DNA of 64,000 nucleotides from Auanema rhodensis (Eukaryota; Animalia; Nematoda): NCBI GenBank assembly GCA_964057225.1, contig OZ059897.1, positions 16,244,001 to 16,308,000 of the forward strand, read 5' to 3'. Shown piece by piece: positions 26,165 to 36,482 of this stretch (position 1 is its first letter; each line of letters starts with the position of its first letter). The notes under the pieces were generated by a model. It saw only the letters and a program-made list of their open reading frames with translations, ran no database searches and was not told where the DNA came from. The position numbers and the translations under genes were made by a program.

Positions 26165-26780
26165 TTGAAAATGAAATAGATAACAACACAAAAACTGAAG
26201 AAATTCTGCGACGTAAATCGTTCTCAATTGATACACTTCGTTCTTTCATACCTGTTTGCCAGCACCTTCGAGAAGGTTTAGAGTGTGACCAAACTCGTCG
26301 AGTTATCTTACAGATTGACCACTCTCTTTTTCCTTCAGTTCTCTCAATATTCGTGATACCTTCACCCTGGCAATTTCTCTTTCTCTTTGTGTGATCTTCA
26401 TTTCTCTTCCTCACTCTGACCGAGGACAATCACACATTTGCCCCAGTTGAGCTATACGCACACGACGCGACACGCAAACGCGTTGGGCTAGAGTGAAGAG
26501 GAGTGATGCGTCTGTGAGCAGAGACGCAGAGAAAGGAGAGAGACTGCCAACATCACATTCTTTCATCTCATTCTAACTTTTGTCAATAGAAAATATACTT
26601 CCTTTTCTTCTTTAGGTCCATTTAAATTCGTGATTTCCCATCCGTGATTATCATTGTTTTTTTCCAATTAACTTTTCAGATTGTTAACAACTTTTCCTTT
26701 TCCATCTATATCTCTCTCGAAATAATTGAATAGGTTCACAGAGTGCGAAAAGATTTCATATTTGTATTGAAATTTCAGAT

Positions 26781-28594
26781 ATGATTGAGTTGATTCTCAA
26801 ACTTCACGATCACGAGGAAATTCTCCATAACAGTTGCCAATCAAAATTCGGCATTGAGGTACTTGTTTTTATAAACATAACAACTATTAAACACAATTTT
26901 TAGAGCACTTTGGATGATCTGAAGCAAAAAATTGATTCAATGTTTCGAATTGCTTACGACTATCAAACTCTCCACGTCGAAGGAAAACAACTCGGAGGAC
27001 TCTATGACACCAACATTCAATCTCTCGGGTTGAAACATGGCACCACAGTAGTCATCGTAAGTCTAAAATTTTTATTATATTTTTTATTGGGTATCTTGTT
27101 GTGGTAAGTTGAATTTATTGTTTATACAGCTAGTGAATTGACTTTCTGTCTCATTGTGATATTGTTAACAATAAAAAAGCAGATGATTAGACGATTATCA
27201 TAGAGCTAGTGAATTTTATAATTGGGACAAACTAATATTTTACACCATTTTGATATTTGCATTTTTTAGAAACATACTCTGCTTCCGATTTGGTCAGCTG
27301 TATTAGAGCGTGAAGCGGATTTCCATCAGACGCACGAGGAAGAGCTCAAAAAGTCCATTTTTCTTGATGTGAAAGGACTTATCGAAAATTTGAATCAATC
27401 TCGATTCTTTCAAACGTATCCCACTTTTGGCACACATCGTTTTGCGATAGAAAAAAAGTTTTGGAGTCATTTCGACCGCAAGGTGGAAGCCATTAAGGTA
27501 AGTCTTAGTTTAACTTTCTTTCAAATAGTTATGGTTAATATTTAGAGTACTTGCCGGACCTACTTCAAGAAGATCTACGGCGAAAAGTGCAAAGTTACCT
27601 TTGAATCGCGTGAAGATGGTTCTCGAGCCGGATGCCTTTGCATTTTGGAGGATGCATCAACCATCACCAAATACTACGTCAAGACCCACCATAGAGCAGG
27701 AGATAAATCTTCGCGTAAGTTTAGTTCTTAGTTTTAAAGGGTTTAATACCATCTAAAAATCGATGATATTTAAATCTCATAGAAAAAATTAATGTCATAG
27801 TAGACACTCTCAGAAGTGCTTGTGAATTTTTTCACGATTTTAGAAAAATTGTAAGCCGGTGAAAAAAAATCGTCAAGTTTCACTCCTAGGCTTGCATCAT
27901 TTACATTCTGGATGCGTTTACAATGCAAATGCACAAAATTTCAGACACCCGCTACGACATCGACTTAAAGGAGCTGTTTGTGTACAAGTTTCTGGAGGAA
28001 CTGAAAATAGGCGCTGAGATTCATTTCATCGACAACGAAGCGTTCTCAAGATGGATTATTTATATTGGAAGTAGAGAGCTATCAGGCTTCAAGACTCTTA
28101 AATTTTTGGAGCTGGCACAACCGGAAACGCTCGAAGATTACTCCAAACCTGTTGTTGAGATGTTGTTCGTTTTTAGCGTTCTAATGTTGGGAGACCACCA
28201 CATTGCCAATATGGGGTTTGACGGAACACTCAACCCATTTATTGTGGACTTTCTCGTAATAGGGAAACCAATGAGTGGTGTAGGAGACCTATACAACAGC
28301 GTCCGGATGGCGAAGAAACTCAAGTGAGTATTTGATTTCATTTGACTGTGGTAATACTACATACGGGCTAATTTCAGTACGACTCTCGGTACTTCCGACG
28401 AACGGTTGAGAATATCAAAAGAATATCTGAAGACATCAAACTTTTCGGCTATTCTGGAACGATCAATCGACTCCTTTCTACAACAGCAAAAGCCTCTGTT
28501 CGACAAGACTCAGCTTGTTTTTGACAGACTTCAGAAGACGGACGATCTCATGGAATATGTCGACAATGTTCGCAAGAACATCAGACTATTTTGA
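26781..28594 (+). CDS. Intact 6-exon gene: N-terminal ubiquitin-like domain plus atypical PI3K/PI4K/HipA-like kinase domain (~410 aa)
   Basis: Exons ~26781-26858, 26904-27056, 27270-27497, 27546-27714, 27945-28323 and 28378-28594 join in frame via GT-AG introns. UBL: TLDDLKQKI...YQTLHVEGKQL...IQSLGLKHGTTVVI. Kinase: YYVKTH, DLKELFVY, LGDHHIANMG, IVDF. Confidence 0.8.
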
Positions 28595-28622
28595 TTACTC
28601 ATTCAAAGAAGAAAATGTTGAA

Positions 28623-28846
28623 GTTGTTCTAGCGCACTTTTCTCGACCATTTCGACCAACCATTTCGACCACATTTTCAAGGTAGCGCATTTCGACCTTT
28701 TTACCATTTTTGAAAATTGTTTGAAAGGACACATTTTCGGAGAGTTAAGACAGAAAATCAATGAAAATAAGCCTTAAAATGGCTGAAAAATGAGAAAATT
28801 GAGGATGGGCGAAAAGGTGCGCTAGAACGGCAAAATACATTTTATT
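28623..28846. mobile_element. Short MITE-like element with imperfect terminal inverted repeats; likely source of the 41-bp linker
   Basis: gttctagcgcacttttc at 28626 is inverted relative to gaaaaggtgcgctagaac at 28811; internal tttcgacc subrepeats; no TSD found. Confidence 0.6.
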
Positions 28847-29095
28847 CACGTTCTGCCCGGTGAATGAACATTTTTTTCAAAAATCATCTACTAAAATCTA
28901 ATAAAAAGAGTTTGAGGTTGGGTATTCAGATGTGTAGAATCTCAATTTTCTAGAGAGATTTGGCTAGGACTTCTGCTTTTTCCGGAAAAGGGGTTTATAC
29001 CGAGACCATCCACAAGATTTGTTCACAAAAAAGTTCAGGCTGTAGTCACGTTCTGCCCGGTGAATGAACATTTTTCTCAAAAATCATCTACTAAA
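28846..29095 (+). repeat. Forward satellite block (1.25 units)
   Basis: Direct match to the 200-bp unit. Confidence 0.97.
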
Positions 29096-29136
29096 TGGGC
29101 GAAAAGGTGCGCTAGAACGGCAAAATACATATTATT

Positions 29137-30218
29137 AACGTGACTACAGCCTGAACTTTTTTGTGAACAAATCTTGTGGATGGTCTCGGTATAAACCCCT
29201 TTTCCGGAAAAAGCAGAAGTCCTAGCCAAATCTCACTAGGAAATTGAGATTCTACACATCTGAATACCCAACCTCAGACTATTTTTATTAGATTTTAGTA
29301 GATGATTTTTGAAAAAAATGTTCATTCACCGGGCAGAACGTGACTACAGCCTGAACTTTTTTGTGAACAAATCTTGTGGATGGTCTCGGTATAAACCCCT
29401 TTTCCGGAAAAAGCAGAAGTCCTAGCCAAATCTCACTAGGAAATTGAGATTCTACACATCTGAATACCCAACCTCAGACTATTTTTATTAGATTTTAGTA
29501 GATGATTTTTGAGAAAAACGTTCATTCACCGGGCAGAACGTGACTACAGCCTGAACTTTTTTGTGAACAAATCTTGTGGATGGTCTCGGTATAAACCCCT
29601 TTTCCGGAAAAAGCAGAAGTCCTAGCCAAATCTCACTAGGAAATTGAGATTCTACACATCTGAATACCCAACCTCAGACTATTTTTATTAGATTTTAGTA
29701 GATGATTTTTGAAAAAAATGTTCATTCACCGGGCAGAACGTGACTACAGCCTGAACTTTTTTGTGAACAAATCTTGTGGATGGTCTCGGTATAAACCCCT
29801 TTTCCGGAAAAAGCAGAAGTCCTAGCCAAATCTCACTAGGAAATTGAGATTCTACACATCTGAATACCCAACCTCAGACTATTTTTATCTCGGTATAAAA
29901 CCCTTTTCCGGAAAAAGCAGAAGTCCTAGCCAAATCTCACTAGGAAATTGAGATTCTACACATCTGAATACCCAACCTCAGACTATTTTTATTAGATTTT
30001 AGTAGATGATTTTTGAGAAAAACGTTCATTCACCGGGCAGAACGTGACTACAGCCTGAACTTTTTTGTGAACAAATCTTGTGGATGGTCTCGGTATAAAC
30101 CCCTTTTCCGGAAAAAGCAGAAGTCCTAGCCAAATCTCACTAGGAAATTGAGATTCTACACATCTGAATACCCAACCTCAGACTATTTTTATTAGATTTT
30201 AGTAGATGATTTTTGAAA
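29137..30218 (-). repeat. Inverted satellite block (~5.5 units, internal deletion near 29889)
   Basis: Reverse complement of the 200-bp unit, preceded by the 41-bp linker at 29096-29136. Confidence 0.97.
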
Positions 30219-30442
30219 TTATACTGTTTCTCCCTTCCCAGTAGATGTTCTATAGTATCCTGATTCTTGAAGTTCGAATACTTATAAGTTTCTTTTGCTA
30301 CATGAGTCTTCTCTAGAGCAATAAAAATTTGTTTCAAACCTTTTTTATAAATATTATCTACTCTTAATGTATCTATACCTTTAATAATCAAGTCTAAGGA
30401 ATCAGCATTTTCTTCTTTTCTTTTGTCTTGTTGACTTTTCAA

Positions 30443-30864
30443 TTTTCCGGAAACAAGGTTTATATCGAGACCATCCACAAGATTTGTTCACAAAAAAGTT
30501 CAGGCTGTAGTCACGTTGTGCCCGGTGAATGAACATTTTTTTCAAAAATCATCTACTAAAATCTAATAAAAATAGTTTGAGGTTGGGTATTCAGATGTGT
30601 AGAATCTCAATCTCCTAGTGAGATTTGGCTAGGATTTCTGCTTTTTCCGGAAAAGGGGTTTATATCGACCCTATCCACAAATTTTGTTCACAAAAAAGTT
30701 CAGGCTGTAGGTACGTTGAGTCGGTTGATTGTTCGATTTTCTCAAAGATCAGCAACTGTATTCAAATGAAAATAGTCACAACTTGGGTATTCAGATGTGT
30801 AGAATCTGAATTTCCTAGTGAGATTCAGTCGGAATTTCTGTTTTTCTCCGAAAAAGGGTTTTTC
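30443..30864 (+). repeat. Forward satellite block (~2 units, the second strongly diverged)
   Basis: The first unit is near consensus; 30660-30864 keeps anchors (gggtattcagatgtgtagaatct, tttcctagtgagatt) with many substitutions. Confidence 0.9.
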
Positions 30865-31445
30865 TAATTTAGATTAATCATCTTAAATTAAATGTTTCAA
30901 TGCTTAGTTCACTAATGAAGTCGAAAAAAGTTGAATAAAATGTAAAATAAAAATAATAAAAATAATTAAAAGTAAGTTAACTGAATAAATTTCTAATTAA
31001 TATAAATAAGTTTATATATTATTTTTTAAAATAAATAAATAAAATATTTGAACCGAATTAATGATTATCAGTGGAGCGCATCTCCAAAAAGTGTTATTCT
31101 CTGGTATGGTTTTAAAGAAAAAATATGGTTAACAATAATAAATTCAGTATTATTTAACTTGAATATATTAAATCAAACCCGTAGAACCTGAAAAACCGAT
31201 CAAATTTCAAAAATATGGTCAAATTAAAGAGATATAACGACTTGAACATAGCCCTTATAGTAAGGCTATATTGTCTTAAGGTTTATATCATATATCCATT
31301 TTTTATTTTATCATATAGTTACCAATTATATATAAATGTGGTCAATAGCCGAGAGGATAAGATGACAGACTGACAACCAAACAGTCCAAGATCGAATCCC
31401 CTAGGATACTGAACAGAACATAAGGTAAGACTAAGATTATAGAAA

Positions 31446-32110
31446 AGAGCCCTAGAATCAGGAGCCGCAGTATCAGGAGCCCGAGGATCAGGAGCCGCAG
31501 GATCAGGGGCCCAAGAATCAGGAGTCGGAGGACGAGGAGCCGAAGGATCAGGAGCCCGAGGATCAGGAGCCGCAGGATCAGGGGCCCAAGAATCAGTAGT
31601 CAGAGGACGAGGAGCCGAAGGATCAGGAGCCCGAGGACGAAGAGCCCAAGGATCAGGAGCCGGAGGATCAGGAGCCCAAGAATCAGGAGTCGGAGGACGA
31701 GGAGCCGAAGGATCAGGAGCCCGAGGACGAAGAGCCCAAGGATCAGGAGCCGGAGGATCAGGAGCCCAAGAATCAGCAGTCGGAGGACGAGGAGCCGAAG
31801 GATCAGGAGCCCGAGGACGAAGAGCCCAAGGATCAGGAGCCGGAGGATCAGGAGCCCAAGAATCAGGAGTCGGAGGACGAGGAGCCGAAGGATCAGGAGC
31901 CCGAGGACGAAGAGCCCAAGGATCAGGAGCCGGAGGATCGGGAGCCCGAGGACGAAGATCCCAAAGATCAGGAGCCCGAGGATCAGGAGCCCGCGTACGA
32001 AGAGCCCAAGAATCAGGAGCCCAAGAATCAGGAGCCCGCGTACGAAGAGCCCAAGGATCAGGGGCCCAAGAATCAGGAGCCCGCGTACGAAGAGCCCAAG
32101 GATCAGGAGA
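31446..32110 (+). repeat. GC-rich 15-bp minisatellite (ggatcaggagcccga) with 90-bp higher-order units, probably once coding
   Basis: Visible 15-bp period; all three plus-strand frames give low-complexity pentapeptide repeats. Confidence 0.9.
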
Positions 32111-32193
32111 AGGAGGGTCGGGAAGAAAAGAAAGAGATCCTTATTTATTAGATAAATTATTTTTCCGATATTCCTTTTTTCCGACATAATTCA

Positions 32194-32442
32194 ATGATTT
32201 CATTTGCTAGAAAATATAATATTTCATCTAAAACAGTATCTAATTATATGAAAGAATTTAGTATTGTTCACAAAGAAAAAGGTGTAAAAAGTCTAAGAAA
32301 TAGAGATGTTCATGGAAAATTCACTTTTTCGATTTCAAAGGATCTGCAAGACCCCAAGGATCTGCAAGACATTCACCTGGTGAAGGTAGTGAAGGATCTG
32401 GAAGTAGTGAACGATCCTGAAATCTTTGAAAAAGAAAAGTAA
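32194..32442 (+). pseudogene. Short HTH-like ORF fragment within the Maverick remnant
   Basis: SFARKYNISSKTVSNYMK resembles a helix-turn-helix; the upstream frame is interrupted. Confidence 0.35.
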
Positions 32443-32582
32443 AAGTAGAAAGTAAAAAGGTTGATCTTCTTGACAAATCAAAGGTTCTACCGAAGGTCTC
32501 TGAATCTGACAAACAGCGTATCAGAAGTTTTAAAGATTTTAATAAAAAGTAAGATGTATACTTTTCAAATTCAGATCTTTAG

Positions 32583-33503
32583 CTAAAGACCAATACTTAA
32601 ATAAATACTTGGTAAATCTTTCTTTTTTATCTTCTTTCTACGAATCAATTCATCTAATATAGCATGAATCTTATTATATTCTCCATTATTTCCAGCTTGA
32701 TAAGAACCTATTGATAATCTTAAAGAATCCATAAGGGCATTAATATCTTCTGGTAGGAAATCAAAGACTTGAGATACTTGAGATATACTACTATCTTGCG
32801 AAGTTTTGGTAACAAAATAATTATCTTTTATGAATTTCCATTTATCACTAGCATCAGCATTATATCTTTTACTACTTTTATCAAATTTTTGATACAGTGC
32901 ATCTGAGCAAAGTAAGATATCACGATAATTTTGAGTATCTTCTTTCTGAATTTTACTAATATCTGGAGATTTCTTCGTTAATAATTCCATAAGACCAGGA
33001 GTTGCATTATATTCTACATTATTGATTTCCATTGTATTATCTTCAAAGCTTACTTCTTTATTTCCAATAGTATAATTCTTATCTGATGGATTATACCTTA
33101 TAGAATATCCTGCATTACTTTTATCTCTAGGATCTTGAAGATAAGTAACAATTAAGTTGGAAACTTTGATTGATGGAGAAGCTACTCTTTTTGGAGTATT
33201 TTGAATTTGTTTTGTAGGAGTCGTGATATTTTGAGATGCATGAGATGCTATCATTGCTTGAGAAGTCATCGGAGATCCTTTGAAACTATTAAGAGTTTGA
33301 ACTATCTTATTCTTTTCATCAATAATTTCTTCCTGTAATTTCTTATATGATTCTAGTATGGGTTTGAATACTTCTATACGGTGATCTTCTACGTTTTGTA
33401 AATTGCTACGCTCTTCTAAATTTTTAAGGTAATGTTCTTTTCTATTCTTCAAGAATGATTGAATAATTTCATTCCTTTTCTTTGGATCATAGATTTCTAT
33501 CAA
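32583..33503 (-). CDS. Conserved Maverick/Polinton-associated uncharacterised protein (306 aa, intronless)
   Basis: Motifs FKPI, YNATPGLMELL...D...Y..IL, KWK and LPEDINALMDSLRLSIGSYQAGNN, which I recognise from Polinton ORFs; it lies next to pPolB. Confidence 0.7.
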   Translation of the reverse strand: MIEIYDPKKRNEIIQSFLKNRKEHYLKNLEERSNLQNVEDHRIEVFKPILESYKKLQEEIIDEKNKIVQTLNSFKGSPMTSQAMIASHASQNITTPTKQIQNTPKRVASPSIKVSNLIVTYLQDPRDKSNAGYSIRYNPSDKNYTIGNKEVSFEDNTMEINNVEYNATPGLMELLTKKSPDISKIQKEDTQNYRDILLCSDALYQKFDKSSKRYNADASDKWKFIKDNYFVTKTSQDSSISQVSQVFDFLPEDINALMDSLRLSIGSYQAGNNGEYNKIHAILDELIRRKKIKKKDLPSIYLSIGL

Positions 33504-33937
33504 TCCGGAGGATCTAGGATTTCCAAAGGTCTTCGATTCTATGATTGTGGAAGGCGTTTTTGAAAAAGTAATTTATTTATAAAAATTTAATTTATTTATA
33601 AATGAAAGAAATTACTCAAGAAGTTAGTTTCCAAAATCTTTCTTTAAATTCAATAGTGAAGGATTCGAAGAAGATTTAAAGAAAATGAAAAGAGATGAAG
33701 TTCGTAGAAAAGTTGCAATGATTGGAAGTGAATTGAGAAAATACATTCTTAAATCCAAAGAAATCCAAACTATGAGAAAACAAGAAATGATTGACTTCAT
33801 TATGAAGTTTAGAGACATTACTTTCGCTGAGTGTGAAATTTAGATTTTTCTTTAAAAACATTTTCTATATAAAAAGGAAGTGTTGGATCCTTCTAAGGTT
33901 TGAAAAAGTAATTATTTTTGAGAAAAATCATCTGACA

Positions 33938-35713
33938 ATGTCGAGAGATGAACTTCTCCGTATAGTTAGAAAAATTAATAAAAAGAAAAAACTACTATTG
34001 ACTGATGCTCAAATGAAAAAGATGAAGGTAGATGAAATGAAGCAATTTATTAATGATCATTCTCAAGAAAATCAAGAAAATCCATTACCACCTCCAGATG
34101 AGATTTTTCCTATGGATGATTTGATTTTTATGGAACAAGAAGATAGAGAGAATGCTAATTCAAGAGTGACAAATTATAGAAGCAAGAACAACAAAGATTT
34201 CCTAGAAAAACTTTTTGAATTGATCGAAGAGAAAGGTATTGAATTTTACATGGATCTTGTAAAAAAGAGATTGACTTCTTTTCTCAAGAAGAAGCAAAAT
34301 ACTGTAGTCAACGACATTAACAAAAAAACCAATGTTAAAATAATGCTTTATTTAGAATGTGAAACAAAGAAGCCTGATTCTACTGATGCAGCAAAGTTTC
34401 ATGTCAACACTACAAGTCAAATTTTACATTCTGGTGAAAGTAGGGAAGAATTCTATCAAGCAGCATGTAGCACATTAATGAATGACGTGGAGAATAGAGA
34501 ACATCATGCTTCAGATATAGATGATAATCAAATGAATATATCAAAAGATTATTACTCCACTCAAGGTAATGATATCTTCGAAACTATGAGGAAAAAGGGT
34601 GTTTATCCATATGAATATATTAACTCATTCGAGAGATACAAAGAAACTGAACTCCCAAGTATTTCTTCGTTTTATGATAGCCTCAATGGAAAAGAATGTA
34701 CAACTGAGGAATACTTGTATGCAAAGTTAGTTTGGAAAAAAATGGGATGCTCTAGTTTAGAAGATTATACTAGAATATATATGATTAATGATGTGCTTCT
34801 TTTGGCAGATGTTTTTGAGAACTTTAGGGATGTTACTCGATATGTCTATGAATTAGATCCTTGCTGGTATTATACAAGTCCAGGATTATCTTGGGATGCT
34901 ATGCTAAAATACACTAAAGTTAAACTGGACACTATTAACGATACTGAGAAGTTTTTAATGATTGAAAATGGTATTAGAGGTGGAATTGTGAATGCTGTTA
35001 AAAGGTATACGAAAGCTAATAATAAATATATGAAGAATTTTAATCCTAAACTATGTTCAAACTTCCTTTTGTATTTAGATGCAAACAATTTATATGGTTG
35101 GGCAATGAAATTGAAATTACCTCAAAACAACTTTGTTTTCGAAAGTCAAAAACAACTTAGTATTTTAAATATTTCCATGAATGAAGTAAGCAAAGTAATG
35201 ATTCAGAAATACGTTGAAAACCTGAATAGACAAGGAAAAGGTTGTATATTAGAAGTAGACTTCGAGTATCCTACAGAAATTCACAAGATGCATAATGAAT
35301 TCCCTCTATGCCCTGAAATCAGAAACTTTGGTAATGGAATCAAAAAGTTGTGTAATACTTTAGAAGATAAAACAAAATATGTTATTCATTATCAAAATTT
35401 GCTACAAGCTTTAGATCTTGGAATGAAATTGAAAAAAATTAAGAGAATTCTTAAATTTGATGAGAGTAATTGGCTTGCGAGCTATATTGATTTGAATACT
35501 AACCTTAGGAAAAAAGCTAAAAATGATTTTGAAAAAGACTTCTTTAAGTTGATGAATAATAGTGTTTTTGAGAAAACTATGGAGAATGTTCGTAATAGAG
35601 TAGATGTAAAGTTGGTGTATTCTTGTGAGTATGAATGTATGGAAAATGGTGAAATGCATTATATTTCAAAGAAAGATAGAATAACTAAGTTTCGACCATC
35701 TCCCTATTTTTGA
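33938..35713 (+). pseudogene. Maverick/Polinton protein-primed DNA polymerase B, internally deleted and 3' truncated
   Basis: RKKGVYPYEY, NDVLLLADVFENFR, GIRGG, motif A YLDANNLYG, motif B KLMNNSVFEK (G to E). Motif C YxDTDS is absent because the ORF runs into the MITE-like end at ~35690. Confidence 0.92.
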
Positions 35714-35846
35714 AAATTGTTGAAAATGACACATTTTTGAAGAGTTAAGACTTGTTTATGTTGAAAATAAGCCTTAAAATAGCTGAAAAAAGTGAAAATT
35801 GAGGATGAGCGAAAAGGTGCGCTAGAACGGCAAAATACATATTATT
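35690..35846 (+). repeat. Diverged second copy of the right part of the 28623-28846 element
   Basis: Aligns with 28690-28846 (tttcgacc...tttttgaaaattgtt...agagttaagac...gaaaataagccttaaaat...gcgaaaaggtgcgctagaacggcaaaatacat). Confidence 0.88.
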
Positions 35847-36427
35847 ATTTTCAGCTTTAAAAAATTTGCAAAGCACTATAAAATGATTACCATTGGAGTA
35901 CATGTATAGATTTATAACAATATTTTTGAAAAATAGTGTTATCTAAGTTTTTGATGCAAAACAATACAAAAAATGTGAAATTCTTATTCTTTGGAGCAAT
36001 TTATTTCAAAAAATGGATAATTTCTAACAATAATATCATTTCGTAAGAACTGGGATGGTAATGACATAGAAACGTGTCTTATATCTTACGTTCTAATTTG
36101 ATACTCATTATGAATTAAAGATGAAATTAACAGAAAATGTATTAATAAAACCATCACAGAAACTATACTGAGTAATATCTTTCAGGATATTGGTCGTTTT
36201 TATTCTTTGGAAATACCTCTATTTCTAAAAATTTTATTTCATAGCTTACATCAACAATCTTACCGAAACTCCGAACATGCTATAGCTTATTTGCGACTTT
36301 GTGACAGAAATAAAAACGAGAAGAAAACATGAAACTAGACGAAAGGATCTAAATAATTGAAAAATTATATTAAATAAATATTCAATATATGCGTGTACTT
36401 TTCATATAAGTTTACCTTCTTCTCATG

Positions 36428-36482
36428 TATGTATATAAATATATAATATATATCTATATATCTATATCTATATATATATGTA
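36428..36482. repeat. Imperfect (TA)n microsatellite
   Basis: tatgtatatataaatatataatatatatctatatatctatatctatatatatatgta. Confidence 0.7.

Larger units (their letters stand above)
30865..35690. mobile_element. Maverick/Polinton remnant
   Basis: Intronless AT-rich ORF cluster with pPolB and a conserved Polinton ORF. Boundaries are approximate and no TIRs were identified. Confidence 0.8.

Noticed and set aside
31248-31269. Imperfect palindrome atagcccttatagtaaggctat with telomere-like hexamers as a DNA-elimination break motif
   Set aside because: It is a single short occurrence inside a Maverick remnant, and I cannot match it to a known motif without a scan.
31600-32187. 195-aa Leu-rich membrane protein on the minus strand
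   Set aside because: Most likely the antisense shadow of the purine-rich 15-bp minisatellite.
33833-35713. Functional or domesticated DNA polymerase maintaining the array
   Set aside because: Motif C is missing, motif B is mutated and there is a large internal deletion.
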